DNA of 63,965 nt, taken from UHGV virus genome UHGV-0122909, one strand, 5' to 3'. Source of the stretch: a virus. The translations under genes and the position numbers were made by a program. Below the pieces are notes generated by a model. The model did no database searches. It had not been told where the DNA came from and saw only the letters and a program-made list of their open reading frames with translations. Positions 22,037-33,051 of this stretch are shown one piece after another; the first letter of the stretch is position 1, and each line of letters opens with the position of its first letter.

Positions 22037-22416
22037 TGAGGCATATATCACCGGAAGAACTTATTGCGCTTCATGATGCGAATATAAGCCGCTACGGCGG
22101 CCTGCCGGGAATGTCTGATCCGGGTAGGGCAGAGGCCATTATCGGGAGAGTTCAGGCCAGAGTTGCCTACGAAGAGATCACCGACCTTTTCGAAGTCTCC
22201 GCCACCTACCTGGTGGCTACAGCGAGAGGGCATATATTCAATGATGCCAATAAGCGTACCGCGCTAAACAGTGCGCTGCTATTTCTACGCCGTAACGGGG
22301 TGCAGGTATTTGATTCACCTGAACTGGCAGACCTTACTGTAGGCGCTGCGACTGGCGAGATATCTGTATCTTCTGTCGCCGACACGTTACGTAGATTGTA
22401 TGGTTCTGCGGAGTAG
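22036..22416 (+). CDS. doc: Doc toxin (Fic-fold kinase)
   Basis: 126 aa [47 protein letters not shown]..., recognised as P1 Doc. Start overlaps the phd stop. Confidence 0.95.
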
Positions 22417-22600
22417 ATTAATGGCACGCAAATACAACAAATTGTCCCGTGAAGCGTTAAAGATGCTTCTTGATGGCGTGAGTCGCCGCAAGGTAAAGCA
22501 ATACCTGGTTGGTAAGCAAATTGGAGTCAGGACCGCTATTGCTGTGTTATGCCGTCAGGAAATGGTTGTGCTTAAACAGAGAATGCCGGGCAGCAGATAA
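22400..22600 (+). CDS. Small hypothetical protein downstream of doc
   Basis: 66 aa ORF overlapping the doc 3' end. Real start may be the internal MARKYNKL. Confidence 0.3.
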
Positions 22601-22627
22601 AGCCCAATCAGTGATTAAAGGTGTGAT

Positions 22628-23671
22628 GTGAAAGCCGTAATTACTCCCTTTGTACAGAAAGAGCTTGGCCTCGCCACGTTCAAAGTGGATCAGGAGGTCA
22701 GAAAGCTGGTGGAGGCTGGCCGTAAATTTATTATGGAGCCGGTGCCGCGTGAGTTAATCGAGCACATGGAAGACGGCCTCGTTGTTACCGAGCAAACCAT
22801 GGCAACAAATGAGGCGTTGCAGCCGTTTTTTAACAGCGATGAACTGTTTCGCCGTATTGGTGGAATTGACGCGCTGGTGGCGTGGTTGCGTAGGAAAGAG
22901 GGTCAATGCCAGGCCGCAGATCGTAGTTGGTGTGACAACCATATTGTCCACGCTGAACGAGACAATAGCGCGGTGTTGTTGTGCTGGCATCACGATAACC
23001 ATTACCGGATGCGTGGTTTTAATGAGCTGAAAGAAACGCTGCACAATAATCGCGTTAACTGGATACTGGATGTCGCCCGTCAGGAAATGGGCCTTTCAAA
23101 TAGCCATGATTTAAGTATTCAGGAGCTGTGCTGGTGGGCTTTCATGCGCAACATGATGCACCTGATGCCGGAAGAAGTCTGCCGCATATCAATAAATAAG
23201 ATGAAGGCTACTCCGCAGGATAGCGGACCTCTGAAAGAGGCGGATATTCGCCCGTATGACGATCGCGCTACAGCATATGTTCAGATGATGGAAGAACGCG
23301 CCGCGCCGATGCGTGCAAAAGTATGCCCTGTGGATGTTGACGCCGACCCTGGCATGGCGCATTTCAAAATACCAAAACTTCAATCGCTAAAATTGCCCGA
23401 GTACATGGATTTTGTGGCTTCCCGTCCATGCTGTGGCTGTGGAGCTGCGGGAGCTGGCGCTCACATTACGCCTTATATCGTTCGTCATAGTCGATTATGC
23501 GCGCATGACATTTATGCTGTTCCTCTGTGCCAGTCATGCCAGCGTGATATTGAGCGTGACCGCGATAATTGGGAGAAGACGCACGGTAGGCTGGCGATGC
23601 ATCAACGATTGTTCTTTGATTACGCGCTTGGAGTCGGCGCTATCACAAGTCATTCGTCGAGCGTTAGATAA
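22628..23671 (+). CDS. Hypothetical Cys-rich protein (P1 post-doc region)
   Basis: 347 aa with C-terminal CCGCG...CQSCQ. Confidence 0.45.
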   Translation: MKAVITPFVQKELGLATFKVDQEVRKLVEAGRKFIMEPVPRELIEHMEDGLVVTEQTMATNEALQPFFNSDELFRRIGGIDALVAWLRRKEGQCQAADRSWCDNHIVHAERDNSAVLLCWHHDNHYRMRGFNELKETLHNNRVNWILDVARQEMGLSNSHDLSIQELCWWAFMRNMMHLMPEEVCRISINKMKATPQDSGPLKEADIRPYDDRATAYVQMMEERAAPMRAKVCPVDVDADPGMAHFKIPKLQSLKLPEYMDFVASRPCCGCGAAGAGAHITPYIVRHSRLCAHDIYAVPLCQSCQRDIERDRDNWEKTHGRLAMHQRLFFDYALGVGAITSHSSSVR

Positions 23672-23759
23672 AATTGCTCTAATGTATTGCTATTTCTTTA
23701 ATCGAGGGTATTATATTCGACGTTGATTAGTTGACATGGGCTAATCAGTAGGTGACAGG

Positions 23760-24212
23760 ATGTTACTTAACTGGCAGGGACGCCACTTCATGGAAATAAA
23801 TCACTCACGAATAACATCGTACGAGATTGCGGATTACATGATCCGCACTAAATCTCTTCTATCAGCGAAAGATCTCGCAGCAATTCTTGAAAAGGAATAC
23901 CCGCATCTGGATGTCGATAAGCGCGATGTTTATCTGCGCTTAAAGGCTATCGCTGTGTCTAAGTATTCGTCTGTTTTGATTGATGACAGTACACGCCCAC
24001 GTAGATTTCAGATCCACTCTCTGAATCCTGAATTCTTTCGCCGCAGCCGCGCTCCGCGCCGGTTTGATGAAAAACTCCAGAACGAACTCTATATGACGCA
24101 GGACGAAAAGGAACGCCGGGAGCACCAGCCTTGGGTGATGGCGCGTCAACTTTTCAATAAGGTGGTCCGTCAGCACCGTCATTACGGTAATGCCACATCC
24201 GCACGTATCTGA
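23760..24212 (+). CDS. Putative late promoter activator (lpa position upstream of pacA)
   Basis: 150 aa basic protein immediately upstream of pacA. Assigned by synteny only. Confidence 0.35.
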   Translation: MLLNWQGRHFMEINHSRITSYEIADYMIRTKSLLSAKDLAAILEKEYPHLDVDKRDVYLRLKAIAVSKYSSVLIDDSTRPRRFQIHSLNPEFFRRSRAPRRFDEKLQNELYMTQDEKERREHQPWVMARQLFNKVVRQHRHYGNATSARI

Positions 24213-24298
24213 TTGATTGCTTGCCCGTTCCGGGCCTTTTGACATGTGACTTTCGTTACCCTCGCGTCAAAAAGAGTTTTATACGAAAGGAAGCATAA

Positions 24299-25492
24299 GT
24301 GACCTGGGACGATCACAAGAAGAATTTTGCTCGCCTGGCGCGAGATGGTGGTTACACCATCGCACAATATGCCGCCGAGTTTAATCTCAACCCAAACACC
24401 GCACGTCGTTATCTCCGTGCATTCAAAGAAGACACCGGAACAGCGGACAGCCGTAAGCCAAATAAGCCTGTCAGAAAACCACTAAAAAGCATGATCATTG
24501 ATCACGCTAATGATCAACGTGCAGGTGATCACATTGTGGCTGAAATGGCTGAAAAACAAAGAGTTAATGCTGTTGTCAGTGCCGCAGTCGAGAACGCGAA
24601 GCGCCAGAATAAGCGCATAAATGATCGTTCTGATGATCATGACGTGATCACCCGCGCCCACCGGACCTTACGTGATCGCCTGGAACGCGACACCCTGGAT
24701 GATGATGGTGAACGCTTTGAATTCGAAGCTGGCGATTACCTGATAGATAACGTTGAAGCGCGGAAGGCCGCGCGCGCTATGTTGCGTCGGTCCGGGGCTG
24801 ATGTTCTGGAAACCACTCTTCTGGAAAAGTCTCTCTCTCATCTCCTTATGCTGGAGAACGCCAGGGATACGTGTATTCGCCTGGTGCAGGAAATGCGCGA
24901 TCAGCAAAAAGACGATGATGAAGGTACTCCGCCTGAATACCGTATCGCGAGCATGCTAAACAGCTGTTCCGCGCAGATAAGCAGCCTGATCAACACCATT
25001 TACAGCATCCGGAATAACTATCGAAAAGAAAGCCGGGAGGCGGAAAAGCACGCTTTGTCTATGGGACAAGCTGGCATTGTTAAGCTGGCATACGAACGAA
25101 AGCGTGAAAATAACTGGTCAGTGCTGGAAGCAGCTGAATTCATTGAGGCGCATGGCGGGAAAGTGCCGCCCCTGATGCTGGAGCAAATCAAAGCCGATCT
25201 GCGTGCTCCTAAGACCAATACCGATGATGAGGAAAGGCAAACAGCCGTCGGTGGCCCTTCTCTTGAAGATCTGGACAAAGTTGCGCGAGAACGGGCCGCC
25301 AACCGCCGCGCCGATGCCGCATTGTGGATTGAGCAGCGTAGGGAAGAAATCGCCGATATCGTTGATACAGGCGGTTATGGAGATGTTGATACTGAAGGTG
25401 TATCAAACGACCCATGGCTGGAACAAGACCTGGACGAAGACGAGGAGGAAGACGAAGAAGTTACCCGCAAGCTATACGGGGATGATGATTAA
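24299..25492 (+). CDS. pacA: Terminase small subunit PacA
   Basis: 397 aa, GTG start, with the pac GATC cluster inside the gene and a C-terminal acidic tail. P1 synteny. Confidence 0.85.
   Translation: MTWDDHKKNFARLARDGGYTIAQYAAEFNLNPNTARRYLRAFKEDTGTADSRKPNKPVRKPLKSMIIDHANDQRAGDHIVAEMAEKQRVNAVVSAAVENAKRQNKRINDRSDDHDVITRAHRTLRDRLERDTLDDDGERFEFEAGDYLIDNVEARKAARAMLRRSGADVLETTLLEKSLSHLLMLENARDTCIRLVQEMRDQQKDDDEGTPPEYRIASMLNSCSAQISSLINTIYSIRNNYRKESREAEKHALSMGQAGIVKLAYERKRENNWSVLEAAEFIEAHGGKVPPLMLEQIKADLRAPKTNTDDEERQTAVGGPSLEDLDKVARERAANRRADAALWIEQRREEIADIVDTGGYGDVDTEGVSNDPWLEQDLDEDEEEDEEVTRKLYGDDD
24490..24652. other. pac packaging site (clustered TGATCA hexamers)
   Basis: Two clusters of GATC-containing hexamers (ATGATCATTGATCACGCTAATGATCA...GGTGATCAC and AATGATCG..GATGATCATGACGTGATCAC) about 120 bp apart inside pacA. 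Confidence 0.8.
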
Positions 25493-26976
25493 TGGCCAGA
25501 AGTTGCGTAACGGATCCACGTTGGCGCGAGCTGGTGGCGCTATATCGTTATGACTGGATTGCTGCCGCTGATGTTTTGTTCGGCAAAACACCTACCTGGC
25601 AGCAGGATCTGATTATTGAGTCTGTGCAGGAACAGGGTAGCAAGACATCTGTTTCGTCTGGTCACGGTACCGGGAAATCAGACATGACTTCTATCATGAT
25701 CATGTTGTTCATAATCATGTATCCCGGTGCCCGCGCCATTATCGTTGCGAACAAAATTCAGCAGGTAATGACCGGTATATTCAAGTACATCAAGATAAAC
25801 TGGGCTACTGCCACCAGCCGTTTTCCATGGCTTGCTGATTATTTTGTTCTGACAGAAACCGCTTTCTATGAGGTTACTGGTAAAGGTGTATGGACTGTAG
25901 TACCGAAGGGCTTTCGTCTGGGAAGTGAAGAAGCTCTCGCCGGTGAACACGCAGATCATCTTCTGTATATTATCGATGAAGCCTCCGGTGTCAGTGATAG
26001 AGCTTTCGGTATCATCACCGGTGCTCTTACCGGACAGGATAACCGCATCTTATTGCTGTCACAGCCTACACGCCCAAGCGGCTATTTCTACGATACACAC
26101 CATAAACTGGCCAAGCGTCCTGGTAACCCTGATGGCGTTTATACGGCGATCACGCTTAACAGTGAGGAATCACCGTTGGTAACGCCAGCATTTATCAAAA
26201 TGAAGCTGGCGGAGTACGGCGGGCGTGATAACCCTATGTACATGATTAAGGTACGCGGCCTATTCCCTAAATCACAGGATGGCTTCCTTCTTGGACGTGA
26301 TGAGGTTGAACGTGCAACGCGGCGGAAAGTCAAGATTGCCAAAGGATGGGGCTGGCTTGCATGTGTGGACGTTGCTGGTGGTACGGGACGGGATAAGTCC
26401 GTTATCAATATCATGATGGTGTCCGGCCAGCGAAATAAACGCCGTGTAATCAACTATCGAATGCTGGAATACACAGACGTTACAGAAACGCAGCTTGCCG
26501 CCAAAATTTTCGCAGAATGTAATCCTGAGCGATTCCCAAATATCACCATAGCGATAGACGGCGATGGCCTGGGTAAAGCAACGGCGGATCTGATGTACGA
26601 GTATTATGGTATTACCGTACAGCGTATACGCTGGGGTAAAAAGATGCATAGCCGTGAAGATAAGAGCCTGTACTTTGATAAACGTGCTTATGCCAACGTT
26701 CAAGCCGCAGAGGCCGTAAAATCTGGTCGTATGAGACTGGATAAGGGTAATGAAACTATTGAGGAAGCGTCGAAAATCCCTGTAGGGATTAACTCCGCAG
26801 GTCAATGGAAGGTGATGAGTAAGGAGGATATGAAGAAAAAACTCAACCTGCACTCACCAGACCATTGGGATACATATTGTTTCGCTATGCTGGCGGATTA
26901 TGTTCCCCAGGATGAAGTGCTTAGCGTCGAAGACGAAGCGCAGGTTGATGAAGCTCTGGCATGGCTTAATGAATGA
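25492..26976 (+). CDS. pacB: Terminase large subunit PacB
   Basis: 494 aa with Walker A-like GHGTGKS and a terminase-type nuclease C-terminus. Start overlaps the pacA stop. Confidence 0.85.
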   Translation: MARSCVTDPRWRELVALYRYDWIAAADVLFGKTPTWQQDLIIESVQEQGSKTSVSSGHGTGKSDMTSIMIMLFIIMYPGARAIIVANKIQQVMTGIFKYIKINWATATSRFPWLADYFVLTETAFYEVTGKGVWTVVPKGFRLGSEEALAGEHADHLLYIIDEASGVSDRAFGIITGALTGQDNRILLLSQPTRPSGYFYDTHHKLAKRPGNPDGVYTAITLNSEESPLVTPAFIKMKLAEYGGRDNPMYMIKVRGLFPKSQDGFLLGRDEVERATRRKVKIAKGWGWLACVDVAGGTGRDKSVINIMMVSGQRNKRRVINYRMLEYTDVTETQLAAKIFAECNPERFPNITIAIDGDGLGKATADLMYEYYGITVQRIRWGKKMHSREDKSLYFDKRAYANVQAAEAVKSGRMRLDKGNETIEEASKIPVGINSAGQWKVMSKEDMKKKLNLHSPDHWDTYCFAMLADYVPQDEVLSVEDEAQVDEALAWLNE

Positions 26977-26978
26977 AT

Positions 26979-26995
26979 ATTTGCTCTAATAAATT
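26979..26995. promoter_or_regulatory. C1 repressor operator-like site
   Basis: TATTTGCTCTAATAAATTG matches the P1 C1 operator consensus ATTGCTCTAATAAATTT. Confidence 0.55.
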
Positions 26996-27127
26996 GTGTT
27001 TTTTAACTACCGATGTTACATTGAGCCTGACCTCTTGCGCCTTGAGGCATTTTCGGTTTATGCTTATCAGGCACCTCATTAAAACGGGTGCCGGGATTGG
27101 CCTCCCGCTTAAGTCTAAGGCGATACA

Positions 27128-27152
27128 GACGCCGCTCGCGTCTTTTTTTTGT
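27128..27152 (+). terminator. Rho-independent terminator after pacB
   Basis: AGACGCcgctcGCGTCT followed by T8. Confidence 0.55.
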
Positions 27153-27315
27153 ATCGGCGTACACGCACACCTCTACAATGGTGGGCTGTATGGGGCTACC
27201 TTCGGGTAGGCTGGTTACCTTGGACGCCAGTAAGGCCAACTCCGTACAGTCCACCGCCAGCAAGATTGGTCTCTTCTGCGGTGGTTACATACCAACGTCT
27301 AAGGAGGCTGCCAAT

Positions 27316-27537
27316 ATGGCTACTATCCCTACCCCAACTCATCCTGAATTTATCTGGCGCTTTTACTCCTGCCAAAAACGTCACTATCACTTCGTTATTG
27401 CACCGACAGAAGATGAGGCCCGCTCTCAGCTTCCTGACGCCCCATGTATTTTCTCTGCCCGTTTTTCCACTGATTCACGCAATTCTCTCAGTTACTGGTG
27501 CCTCCCTGTTAACGCTTCTGCTCAGGAGGGACTATGA
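27316..27537 (+). CDS. Small hypothetical protein with strong RBS
   Basis: AAGGAGG 7 nt upstream of the ATG. 73 aa MATIPTPTHPEFIWRFYSCQKRHYHFV..., ending at the start of the antirepressor-like gene. Confidence 0.45.
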   Translation: MATIPTPTHPEFIWRFYSCQKRHYHFVIAPTEDEARSQLPDAPCIFSARFSTDSRNSLSYWCLPVNASAQEGL

Positions 27538-28652
27538 GAACGTCATTAGTCACCCGTGAAGAGATGATCGAGGCAATTGAACAGCACACTGCCTGTATCA
27601 GTACCAGGGATATACCAGGCGTTATTGCCAACTACTTCATGATCACCAAACAACTTTACCGGAGAAAGGACAAGAACGCGGTTCACCGTATCCTGTTGTC
27701 TGATATCCGCGAATACCTGCTCGAACAGGGTCATCTGAATTACGCAACCGCCGCAGCCGAAGCACGCAAGGAGGCACACAGAATGAAAGCAACTAACGTT
27801 AAATCAGAAAAAATTCATGCACCTTCAGTTCAAGAATCGGAGCTGGTGGTTGTTCAGAATCAGTCTGATGAAATTCCCGTTCTGGAATGGCAGGGAGTGC
27901 GTGTAGTGACAACCGAGACTCTTGCTAGAGGGTATGGGACAGAAACAATCCGTATTCGCCAAAATCATCATGAGAACAAAGTACGCTTTGTTGAAGGGAA
28001 GCACTTTTTCAAAGTTGAAGGAGAATCATTGCGCGAGTTGAAGCACAGAGTAGCTTTAAACTACTCTGTAAAAATTGCTCGCAATGTTCGCTCACTCACC
28101 CTCTGGACAGAACGCGGCGCAGCCCGCCACGCTAAAATGCTCGAAACCGATCAGGCATGGGCATTCTTTGAAAAACTGGAAGACAGCTACTTCCGACAAA
28201 AAGAACAGCAACCGATCGCAATCCCCCAGACGCTTCCTGAAGCCCTACGCCTGGCTGCCGAACTGGCTGAACAAAAGCAACTTCTGGAACAGAAAGCCCA
28301 CCAGCTAAATCAGCAGCTGGTGGCCGCCGCTCCTAAAGTCGATTTTGCCGACCGGGTATCAGTAGCTAAAGGGATCCTGATTGGGAATTTTGCAAAGGTT
28401 GTTGGACTTAAACAAAACGCGCTGTTTGTCTGGTTACGGGAGAACGGCATCCTGATAGCGTCCGGTGGACGTAAAAATGTGCCGTTCCAGCAGTACATCA
28501 ACGCGGGGTATTTCACGGTGAAAGAAGTGGTGCTGGATGATGAAGATGGCTACCAGATACGGTTGACGCCTCAATTAACGGGTAAAGGCCAGCAGTGGTT
28601 GACGCGTAAACTGCTCGATGCTGGCTTGTTAAAACCGGTGGCGGCTGAATAA
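27534..28652 (+). CDS. Antirepressor-like protein (ORF6N/KilA-N-type N-terminus, Ant-type C-terminus)
   Basis: 372 aa. Central VVTTETLARGYG...HFFKVEGESLRELK and C-terminal ...DFADRVSVAKGILIGNFAKVVGLKQNALFVWLRENG are typical of phage antirepressors. Domain names are from memory. Confidence 0.6.
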   Translation: MRTSLVTREEMIEAIEQHTACISTRDIPGVIANYFMITKQLYRRKDKNAVHRILLSDIREYLLEQGHLNYATAAAEARKEAHRMKATNVKSEKIHAPSVQESELVVVQNQSDEIPVLEWQGVRVVTTETLARGYGTETIRIRQNHHENKVRFVEGKHFFKVEGESLRELKHRVALNYSVKIARNVRSLTLWTERGAARHAKMLETDQAWAFFEKLEDSYFRQKEQQPIAIPQTLPEALRLAAELAEQKQLLEQKAHQLNQQLVAAAPKVDFADRVSVAKGILIGNFAKVVGLKQNALFVWLRENGILIASGGRKNVPFQQYINAGYFTVKEVVLDDEDGYQIRLTPQLTGKGQQWLTRKLLDAGLLKPVAAE

Positions 28653-28684
28653 TAGAAGAATGCCCGGTTGATGCCGGGCATAAT

Positions 28685-29536
28685 TTATTGCGCGCTTTCG
28701 GGGTTGTCGTTTACTGGCTGCCCCTTCTTGGTTTTACGGCTGCGCGTAACTGATGCGGCTGACTTAACCTTTTTCTCTTCGCGAGTGATGGCAATTTGTT
28801 TTTTTACATTTTCAATATCTGCCAGGCGATATATTTTTGCTTGCGGCCAGCGGTCGCAGATGATCGGTTCTATGGAGTCATAAAGGCTAAATTTTGCTTT
28901 TTCGAATTCACCGTTGATGATAATTCCATCACGGAGAGTTTCATCGCAGATAAACACGCCACACAGTGGCACATGGTAACTAACTGATTTACCATCATTG
29001 TAGTTAGGGCTACTGGAAATGTAGTGGACGCGCAGCATTGTTTCGCTAAAGCCGTGTACGCGCATACGGAATTTTTCATCCTCCGGGTACTGCTTCATTA
29101 GCTCTTTTGTTGCTTCCAGGTTCTCTATGTATTTCGCACTGTGCTCATTGATCCCCGCGCTTTTTTGGATGCGAATGTCCTTATCAATCAGATGAATAAT
29201 GCGGCCAGCGGTCATGTTGACGCTGTTCACAGCTTCTGTCTGATAAGTTGTAACCTTACGCACACCGCGAAGGATGTTAGGCACTGGATATAAAATAGTC
29301 TTTGGGATATTGAGGTCTGGATACTGTTCCAGTTCCCGCGCCATTAAAGTCCATTTATCAATTTCAGCCTGAATGCTGTCCGTTTCTTTGAACGGCAGAA
29401 CGACAACCGGGCGAACAGGACGACCGTCGCTGGCGGCATCAACGTGTTGGGCGCGTGCAACAGCTTTTTTTAGAAAGAGATCCCTGAAGCTGACGAACTC
29501 CTGGTACAGTTGTTCGCCGTAGACATAATTTATCAT
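28685..29536 (-). CDS. c1: C1 repressor of lysis
   Basis: 283 aa, the size of P1 C1, downstream of coi in P1 synteny. Several C1 operator matches in the window. Confidence 0.85.
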   Translation of the reverse strand: MINYVYGEQLYQEFVSFRDLFLKKAVARAQHVDAASDGRPVRPVVVLPFKETDSIQAEIDKWTLMARELEQYPDLNIPKTILYPVPNILRGVRKVTTYQTEAVNSVNMTAGRIIHLIDKDIRIQKSAGINEHSAKYIENLEATKELMKQYPEDEKFRMRVHGFSETMLRVHYISSSPNYNDGKSVSYHVPLCGVFICDETLRDGIIINGEFEKAKFSLYDSIEPIICDRWPQAKIYRLADIENVKKQIAITREEKKVKSAASVTRSRKTKKGQPVNDNPESAQ

Positions 29537-29646
29537 TGATCCTCCTCCAGAATTGACATGGCCAACAACTCACAGCGGATTACACTGGGAGTTGTTGGCC
29601 ACCATTATAGAAGGATCCAACGAAAATAATAGATTTATTAGTGCAT

Positions 29647-29856
29647 TTATTGTGAGTCTGGCTGGTTAGTGGCCATGAGATATTCGATTGTGTCAGTGAG
29701 ATCATCCAGGTCGTCTTGGGTGATGCGGTACTCCTGATTGGATATCTTTGAGTAGTGTTCAGCAATGGCGCGGGCAGCGTCGGTTTCGGCGGGGTCTACA
29801 GATAAAGCGTTAGAGCAATGTCTAACGTCGTCGATGGTTGGTGGAATGAAAGCCAT
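29647..29856 (-). CDS. coi: Coi (C1 inactivator)
   Basis: 69 aa ORF immediately upstream of c1 on the same strand. Confidence 0.65.
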   Translation of the reverse strand: MAFIPPTIDDVRHCSNALSVDPAETDAARAIAEHYSKISNQEYRITQDDLDDLTDTIEYLMATNQPDSQ

Positions 29857-30096
29857 AATTATGCCTCACTGTATTGACAACACAGAGCCTGAAGCTCTGA
29901 CCTACTGTTTCACCCATGATCCATGCTGGGGTAATCTAACAACATTGCGCTGTGTGTAAGATGAGCAATGCATAGCTGTAATGCCGTTGTATAAGGTTTC
30001 CCTGTTTGCTCATTTCCTTCTGAGCCGCTCTACAACGCTGAAGACACATTAAATAGTGAATCCAAAGTCGTATTACGAAACGGCGGCAAAACTATA

Positions 30097-30113
30097 ATTT
30101 ATTAGAGCAATTG
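30097..30113. promoter_or_regulatory. C1 operator-like site
   Basis: Reverse complement of AATTTATTAGAGCAAT matches the operator consensus. Confidence 0.5.
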
Positions 30114-30175
30114 TCAAACAACTATGAAAAACAATCCAGTTTTTGGCTGGTGGAGTGGGATTTTTCTCTCAAAAT

Positions 30176-30192
30176 TTATTGCTCTAATAATT
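30176..30192. promoter_or_regulatory. C1 operator-like site adjacent to loxP
   Basis: AAATTTATTGCTCTAATAA. Confidence 0.5.
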
Positions 30193-30237
30193 CTTGATTT
30201 TTATGCGCAGCTGGACGTAAACTCCTCTTCGGACCTA

Positions 30238-30271
30238 ATAACTTCGTATAGCATACATTATACGAAGTTAT
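30238..30271. other. loxP recombination site
   Basis: Exact ATAACTTCGTATA-GCATACAT-TATACGAAGTTAT, 13-bp inverted repeats around the 8-bp spacer. Confidence 0.98.
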
Positions 30272-30688
30272 CTTAAGGGTTATTGAACATGATCAATTTA
30301 CCTGTAAATCCATACAGTTCAATACCTTATCAGGTTAAATAGTGATCACTTGATCATTTGATCAAGGTTGCGCTACGTAAAATCTGCGAAATGTTGGCAG
30401 TGTTAGTGCTCCAGATTTCGCGTAGCGCACTTAGCACCACCAATCAATCAGAGGTGAAAAATGGGATATTCAGCTGCTAAAGTGTCCACTCATCTTGAGC
30501 TTGAGAAAAACCGTGGTTACTGGCGGGCAAAAGGGTTTGATCGTGATAGTTGCCAACTGTCATTATCGCGCGGTGAAGAGAAAATAGAACGCACGGCGGT
30601 CGCTGGCGTTTCTATGACGAGAACCATAAACAGGTAAAGGCAGAGCCGATCCTGTACACTTTACTTAAAACCATTATCTGAGTGTTAA

Positions 30689-31720
30689 ATGTCCAATTTA
30701 CTGACCGTACACCAAAATTTGCCTGCATTACCGGTCGATGCAATGAGTGATGAGGTTCGCAAGAACCTGATGGACATGTTCAGGGATCGCCAGGCGTTTT
30801 CTGAGCATACCTGGAAAATGCTTCTGTCCGTTTGCCGGTCGTGGGCGGCATGGTGCAAGTTGAATAACCGGAAATGGTTTCCCGCAGAACCTGAAGATGT
30901 TCGCGATTATCTTCTATATCTTCAGGCGCGCGGTCTGGCAGTAAAAACTATCCAGCAACATTTGGGCCAGCTAAACATGCTTCATCGTCGGTCCGGGCTG
31001 CCACGACCAAGTGACAGTAATGCTGTTTCACTGGTCATGCGGCGGATTCGAAAAGAAAACGTTGATGCCGGTGAACGTGCAAAACAGGCATTGGCGTTCG
31101 AACGCACTGATTTCGACCAGGTTCGTTCACTCATGGAAAATAGCGATCGCTGCCAGGATATACGGAATCTGGCGTTTCTGGGGATTGCTTATAACACCCT
31201 GTTACGTATAGCCGAAATTGCCAGGATCAGGGTTAAAGATATCTCACGTACTGACGGTGGGAGAATGTTAATCCATATTGGCAGAACGAAAACGCTGGTT
31301 AGCACCGCAGGTGTAGAGAAGGCACTTAGCCTGGGGGTAACTAAACTGGTCGAGCGATGGATTTCTGTCTCTGGTGTGGCTGATGATCCGAATAACTACT
31401 TGTTTTGCCGTGTCAGAAAAAATGGTGTTGCCGCGCCATCTGCCACCTGCCAGCTATCAACTCGCGCCCTGGAAGGGATTTTTGAAGCAACTCATCGATT
31501 GATTTACGGCGCTAAGGATGACTCTGGTCAGAGATACCTGGCCTGGTCTGGACACAGTGCCCGTGTCGGAGCCGCGCGAGATATGGCCCGCGCCGGAGTT
31601 TCAATACCGGAGATCATGCAAGCTGGTGGCTGGACCAACGTAAATATTGTCATGAACTATATCCGTAACCTGGATAGTGAAACAGGGGCAATGGTGCGCC
31701 TGCTGGAAGATGGTGATTAG
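30689..31720 (+). CDS. cre: Cre tyrosine recombinase
   Basis: 343 aa MSNLLTVHQNLPALPVDAMSDEVRKNLMDMFRDRQAFSEHTWKMLLSVCRSWAAWCKLNNRKWFPAEPEDVRDYLLYLQARGLAVKTIQQHLGQLNMLHRRSGLPRP..., recognised as Cre. About 450 bp downstream of loxP. Confidence 0.98.
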   Translation: MSNLLTVHQNLPALPVDAMSDEVRKNLMDMFRDRQAFSEHTWKMLLSVCRSWAAWCKLNNRKWFPAEPEDVRDYLLYLQARGLAVKTIQQHLGQLNMLHRRSGLPRPSDSNAVSLVMRRIRKENVDAGERAKQALAFERTDFDQVRSLMENSDRCQDIRNLAFLGIAYNTLLRIAEIARIRVKDISRTDGGRMLIHIGRTKTLVSTAGVEKALSLGVTKLVERWISVSGVADDPNNYLFCRVRKNGVAAPSATCQLSTRALEGIFEATHRLIYGAKDDSGQRYLAWSGHSARVGAARDMARAGVSIPEIMQAGGWTNVNIVMNYIRNLDSETGAMVRLLEDGD

Positions 31721-31770
31721 CCGTCAATATATAAGAAATTGCTATAATTATTTGATATTTATGGTGACAT

Positions 31771-32082
31771 ATGAGAAAGGATTTCGACATTGGCGGAAAA
31801 TATGTAGTGCTGTCTGTAAGCACTAATATTCAGTCGCCAGCCGTCATTGTCACTGTAAAGCTGAGCGATAGAATGCCTGATATTGACTCAATATCCGTTG
31901 CGTTTCCTGTCAAAAGTATGCGTAGTGCTGAACATTTCGTAATGAATGCCACCGAGGAAGAAGCACGGCGCGGTCTTGGTAAAGTGATGTCTGAGTTTGG
32001 CGAATTTCTGGGGCACGTTAACAAAGCCCTCACAATCAGTTCAGCAAGGTCCAAAGCGTTAACAGCTTCCATGATGAAATAA
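31771..32082 (+). CDS. Cre-associated small protein (cra position)
   Basis: 103 aa ORF directly after cre. Synteny only. Confidence 0.45.
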   Translation: MRKDFDIGGKYVVLSVSTNIQSPAVIVTVKLSDRMPDIDSISVAFPVKSMRSAEHFVMNATEEEARRGLGKVMSEFGEFLGHVNKALTISSARSKALTASMMK

Positions 32083-32213
32083 AAAAAGCCTGGCAAGGAG
32101 CCAGGCTGCACAAAAGAGCGGGTTTGTATTCCGCATCCAATCAATCAAGAAGGAGTATAGCACACAGGTACTGAAGTGAAAAAATGTGATTCGCGATAAA
32201 CAAAATATCTACC

Positions 32214-32230
32214 ATTGCTCTAATTGATTG
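32214..32230. promoter_or_regulatory. C1 operator-like site upstream of ref
   Basis: ATTGCTCTAATTGATTG. Confidence 0.5.
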
Positions 32231-32297
32231 CTATAATTGAGCCGCAGTTTTTGTCAACTACGAAGACGTTGCCATTACTTCACTCCTTGACATCATT

Positions 32298-32323
32298 GGC
32301 GGCCATTAGGCCGCCTTTTTTTT
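32298..32323 (+). terminator. Strong hairpin plus T-run immediately upstream of the ref start
   Basis: GGCGGCCattaGGCCGCC followed by T8, ending 7 nt before the ref ATG. Confidence 0.6.
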
Positions 32324-32329
32324 GACCAT

Positions 32330-32890
32330 ATGAAAACAATCGAACAAAAAATTGAACAGTGCCGCAAGTGGCAGAAGGCAGCCAGAGAACGAGCGATCGA
32401 TCGGCAACGGGAGAAGTTGGCTGATCCGGTCTGGCGAGAATCTCAATATCAGAAAATGCGGGATACTATCGACCGCCGTATCGCTAAACAGAAAGAGCGC
32501 CCACCAGCCAGCAAAACGCGGAAAAGCGCGGTAAAAATAAAATCTCGTGGCTTGAAGGGGAGAACACCAACGGCGGAGGAACGGCGCATCGCCAATGCTC
32601 TTGGCGCTCTCCCCTGCATTGCCTGCTATATGCATGGAGTAATATCTAATGAGGTGTCTCTGCACCATATCGCCGGTCGTACCGCGCCGGGTTGTCATAA
32701 AAAGCAATTGCCACTTTGTAGATGGCACCACCAGCATGCAGCACCGGCTGAAGTAAGAGAAAAATACCCCTGGCTGGTCCCTGTTCATGCCGATGGTGTG
32801 GTTGGAGGCAAGAAAGAATTCACCTTGCTGAACAAGTCAGAGATGGAGTTGCTGGCTGACGCCTATGAGATGGCAAACATCATGCACTAA
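32330..32890 (+). CDS. ref: Ref (recombination enhancement function), HNH endonuclease
   Basis: 186 aa with a basic N-terminus and HNH core LHHIAGRTAPGCHKKQLPLCRWHHQ. Size and position match P1 Ref. Confidence 0.8.
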   Translation: MKTIEQKIEQCRKWQKAARERAIDRQREKLADPVWRESQYQKMRDTIDRRIAKQKERPPASKTRKSAVKIKSRGLKGRTPTAEERRIANALGALPCIACYMHGVISNEVSLHHIAGRTAPGCHKKQLPLCRWHHQHAAPAEVREKYPWLVPVHADGVVGGKKEFTLLNKSEMELLADAYEMANIMH

Positions 32891-33051
32891 TAAATATATT
32901 ATTTTTAATCTGAAATAATTGACAACTGACAAGTGACTTCAGTCAGAATCATCACATGCCCGGTACGGATGGATCCCTTTTCAAATATTCCATGGACGGC
33001 ACAGTCTGAGTACCGGGCGCTACCTTCAGTTGTATTGCTAAGCCGCCGCTG

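Noticed and set aside
27088-27559. Long overlapping ORFs 27088-27537 and 27149-27559
   Set aside because: The upstream part contains a terminator and has no ribosome-binding site. Only the 3' portion from the ATG at 27316, which has a strong AAGGAGG site, looks like a real gene.
30280-30640. GATC cluster, inverted repeat and 58-aa ORF in the cre leader
   Set aside because: This is consistent with the known Dam-regulated cre promoter region. The small ORF has no support as a gene.
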